Origin: the human T2T-CHM13v2.0 reference genome, Homo sapiens
Length of the DNA stretch: 64,000 bases
Assembly (NCBI RefSeq): GCF_009914755.1
Contig: NC_060947.1
Reading direction: 5' to 3' (one strand)
The notes under the pieces were generated by a model that searched no databases, was not told the DNA's origin, and saw only the letters and a list, made by a program, of their open reading frames with translations. Each line of letters starts with the position of its first letter. Position 1 is the first letter of the stretch. Both the position numbers and the translations under genes were made by a program. Of the stretch, positions 60,074-64,000 are shown piece by piece.

Positions 60074-61696
60074 ACTGAATCAATCAGGATTCTGGAGTAG
60101 ACAAATGAATTGACATCCTAAAAAATGCAGGAGTTTCTTAATAGCATAATTTATCAAGCAGAAAAAATAATTAGCATGCTTAAAGCAGGCTATTTGAAAA
60201 TACACAGTAAAAGGAGACAGAAGAAGAAAGAAGAGAGGAGAAAGAAGAAAATAGCCTCGAATGGGCAAATCCAGGTTTTATTGGCTATAAAGAGGAGGTA
60301 GAGATAGAGATAGGGGTAGAAAGCTTATCCAAACAGATAATAAGAGATAACTTCTCAAACCTAGAAAGAGATATTAATGTCCAAATAAAAGGTTATAGAA
60401 CACCAAACACATTTAACCCAAAATAGACTATCTCAAGGCATTTAATAATCAAACACCCAAATGTCAAGGATAAAGTAAAGATCCTAAAAGCAGCAAGAGA
60501 AAGGAAACAACATACAATTGAGCACCAATAAATGTGGTGGCAAATTTTACAGTGGAAACCTTACAGGCCAAAAGAGAGTGACAAAACATATTTAAAGTAC
60601 TGAAGGAAAAAAAAAAAAAAAACTTTTATGCTGCTAGAATCGTATATCTGGTGAAAATACTCTTCAAACATGAATGAGAAATAAAGACTTTCCCAGACAA
60701 GCAAAAGCTGAGGGATTTCATTAACACCAGACTTGTCTTAAAAAAAATGCTAAAGGGAGTACTTCAATTAGAAAGAAAAGGTTGTTAATGAACTATATAT
60801 AAGTAACAACCTGAAGGTACAAAAAATTTGTAATAGTAAGTACACAGAAAAACACAGAATTTATAACACCATAACTGTGGTGTGTAAACTACTCTTATAA
60901 GTAGAAAGACTGAAAAAAGATTCAATCAGAAATAATAACTACAAAAACTTTGGAAGACATACTCACTACATCAAGGTACGAATGAAAACAAAAAAAAAAG
61001 TGAAAAAGCAGGGTGATGAAGTTAATATGTAGAGTCTGTATTAGTTTTCATTTTGCTTGTGTGTTTGTTTATGTCAAAAACTTTAAGTTGTTATTGGGTA
61101 AAAATAATGAGTTATCAAATAGTATTTTCAAGCCTCATGGAAACTGAAACCAAAAAAGATACAATGGAGACAGAAAAAATAATTACCTGGAAATTAGCTT
61201 AACTAAAGAAGTGAAGATGTCTATAGTAAAAACTATAAAAAACTGATGAAAAAACTGAATAACAGTCAATAAAAATATTCCATGTTCATGGATTGGAAGA
61301 ATTAGCATTGCTACAAAAATTTTATACAACTCAAAGCAATCTACAGATTTAATGGATTCTCTATCAAAATACCAATGTCATTCTCCACAGAAACAGAGAA
61401 AACAATCCTATAACTTATATGGAACCACAAAAGGCCCAGAATACCCAAAGCTACAGTAAGCATAAAGGCCAAAACTGGAGAAATCACATTACCTGACTTC
61501 AAATTATACTACAGAACTATAGTAACCAAAACAGCTTGGTACTTGCATAAATACAGACACATAGACCAATGAAATAGAATAGAGAACCCAGAAACAAATC
61601 CACATACCTACAGTTAACTCTGGGAAAAAACAATCTCTTCAATAAATGTTGCTAGAAAAACTGGGTATCTATATACAGAATAATAAACTAGACCCT

Positions 61697-63969
61697 TGTA
61701 TTAGTCTGCTCTTACCCTGCTGATAAAGACAAATCTGAGACTGAGTAATTTATAAAGGAAAGAGATTTAATTGAATTACAGTTCCACATGGCTGGGGAGG
61801 CCTCACAATCATGGCAGAAAAGCAAGAGACAACTTACATGGCAGCAAGCAAGAGAAAAATGAGAACCAAGTGAAGAGAAAACCTCTTATAAAACTATCAC
61901 ATCTCCCAAGGCTTATTCACTACCATGAAGACAGTATGAGGGAAACCACCCCCTGATTCAATTATCTCCTACTGAGTACCTCCCAGAACATGTGGTATAA
62001 TAAAGAGCCAAAATTCAAGATGACATTTGGGTGGGAACACAGCCAAACCATATCATTCTGTATCTGCCCCCTCCCAAATCTCATGTCCTTATATTTCAAA
62101 ACCAATCGTGCCTTCACAAGAGTCCCACAAAGTCTTAACTCATTTCAGCATTAATTCAAAAGTCCATAGTACAAAGTCTCATCTTAGACAAGGCAAGTCC
62201 ATTTTGCCTATGAGCCTGTAAAATCAAAAGCAAGTTAGTTACCCCTTAGATATACTGGGGACACAGGTATTGGGTAAATACAACCATTCTGAATGGGAGA
62301 AATTGGCCAAAATGAAGGCATTAAAGGCCCCATGCAAGTTTGAAATCCAGTGGGGCAGTCAAGTCATAAAGCTCCAAAATGATCTCCTTCAACTCCATGT
62401 CTCACATCCAGGTCATGCTGATTCAAGAGGTGGGTTCCTGTGGTTTTGGGAAACTCTGTCTCTGTGTCTTTGCAGGGTACAGCCTCAGTCTCGGGTGTTT
62501 TCACAGGCTGGCATTTCTGCAGCTTTTGCAGGTGCATGGTAAAAGCTGTTGGTGGATCTACCATTCTGGGGCCTGGAAGATGGTGGCCCTCTTTTCACAG
62601 CTCCACTAAGCAGGGCCTCAGTGGGGACTCTGTGTGGAGACTTTAACTCCACATTTTCTTTCCACGCTGCCCTAGCCGAGGTTCTCCATGAGGGCCCTGC
62701 CCCTGCAGCAAACTTCTGCCTACACATCCAGGCATTTCCATACATTATCTGAAATCTAGGTGGAGTTTCCCAACCTCAATTTTTAACTTCTGTATACCCG
62801 CAGACTCAAAACCATGTGAAAGCTGCCAAGGCTTGGGGCTTGCACTGTCTGAAGCCACAGCCCTTGGCCCCTTTTAGCCATGGCTAGAGTGGCTTGGATG
62901 CAGAGCACCAAATCCTTAGGCTGCACACAGCAGGAATCCTTAGGCCCAGCCCACAAAACCATTTTTTTTCTCCTAGGCCTTGGCTCTGTGATGGAAGGGC
63001 CTGCTACAAAGGTCTCTGACATACCCTGGAGATATTTTCCCCATTGTCTTGGTGATTAACATTTGGCTCCACATTACTTATGCAAATTTCTGCAGCTGGT
63101 TTGAATTTCTTTTCGGAAATAGGGTTTTCTTTTCTATCGCATCATCAGGCTGCAAATTTTCTGAACTTTTATGCTCTGTTTCCTGTTTAAAACTGAATGC
63201 TTTTAACAGCACCCAAGTCACCTCTTGAATGCTTTACTGCTTAGAAATTTCTTCTGCCAGATACCCTAAATCATCTCTCTCAAGTTCAAAGTTCCACAAA
63301 TCTCTAGGGAAGGGCCAAAATGCCACTAGTCTTTTGCTAAAACAGCAAGAGCCACCTTTACTCCAGTTCCCAACAAGTTCCTCATCTCCATCTGAGACCA
63401 TCTCAGCCTGGATTTCATTGTCCATATCATTATCACCATTTAGGTCAAAGACATTCAACAAGTCTCTAGGAAGTTCCAAACTTTCCCACATTTTTCTGTC
63501 TTCTTCTGAGCCTTCCAAACTATTCCAGCCTCTGCCTGTTACCCAGTTCCAAAGTCACTTCCACATTTTCAGGTATCTTTACAGAAGCACCCCACTCCCA
63601 CTACCAATTTACTGTATTAGCCTGTTCTTATGCTGCTAATAAAGACATACCTAAGACTGGGTAATTTATAAATGAGAGACTTTGACTCACAGTTCCACAT
63701 GGCTTGGAAGGCCTTCAGAATCATAGTGGAAGAGCAAGGAATGTCTTACATGGCAGCAGGCAAGAGAAAAATGAGAGCCAAGTGAAAGCGAATATCCCTT
63801 ATAAAACTGTCATATCAGGTGAGGCTTATTCACTACCATGAGAACAGTATAGGGGAAACTGCCCCCATGATTCAGTTATCTCCCACTGGGTCCCTCTCAC
63901 AACATGTGGGAATTATGGGAGCTTCAATTCAAGATGAGATTTGGATGGGGACACAGCCATGCCATATCA
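61697..63969 (-). mobile_element. THE1 MaLR provirus (LTRs 61697-62055 and 63613-63969)
   Basis: Both LTRs run tgtattag...ccatatca; MaLR peptide in ORF 63234..63518 (-); TSD accct/acccc within L1 ORF2. Confidence 0.93.
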
Positions 63970-64000
63970 ACCCCTATCTCTCAAAATATATAGATCTAAA

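Larger units (their letters stand above)
55795..64000 (+). mobile_element. Old LINE-1 (L1MA-like) host element: 5' UTR, ORF1 split by L1PB, large ORF2 deletion at ~61180, THE1 insertion; runs off the window
   Basis: 5' UTR from 55795; ORF1-like sequence at 57840-57975 and 60074-60790; distal ORF2 at 61180-61696 resuming at 63970. Confidence 0.78.

Overview
AT-rich, CpG-poor primate (human-like) genomic DNA, probably intergenic or deep-intronic and made up mostly of transposable elements. It holds a full-length but dead L1PA8-like LINE-1, several older L1s (L1PA13-like, L1PB, L1MA, L1MB), three THE1 MaLR proviruses, MST and MLT1 LTRs, MER4-group ERV1 LTRs, a gammaretrovirus-like gag-pro-pol remnant, seven Alus, MIR and L2 relics, a MADE1 MITE and a Tigger-like fragment. 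I recognise no host protein-coding gene, structural RNA gene or CRISPR array; the supplied ORFs are TE-derived or chance ORFs. I found no convincing new biological system. The most unusual structure is an Alu (31135-31519) with intact TSDs whose central linker is replaced by a ~140-bp copy of unique DNA from 1.2 kb downstream. Other items of interest are nested insertions resolved by TSDs, deletion junctions and template-switch-like palindromes. Subfamily names come from recalled consensus sequences, not a database search, and the boundaries of old elements are approximate.
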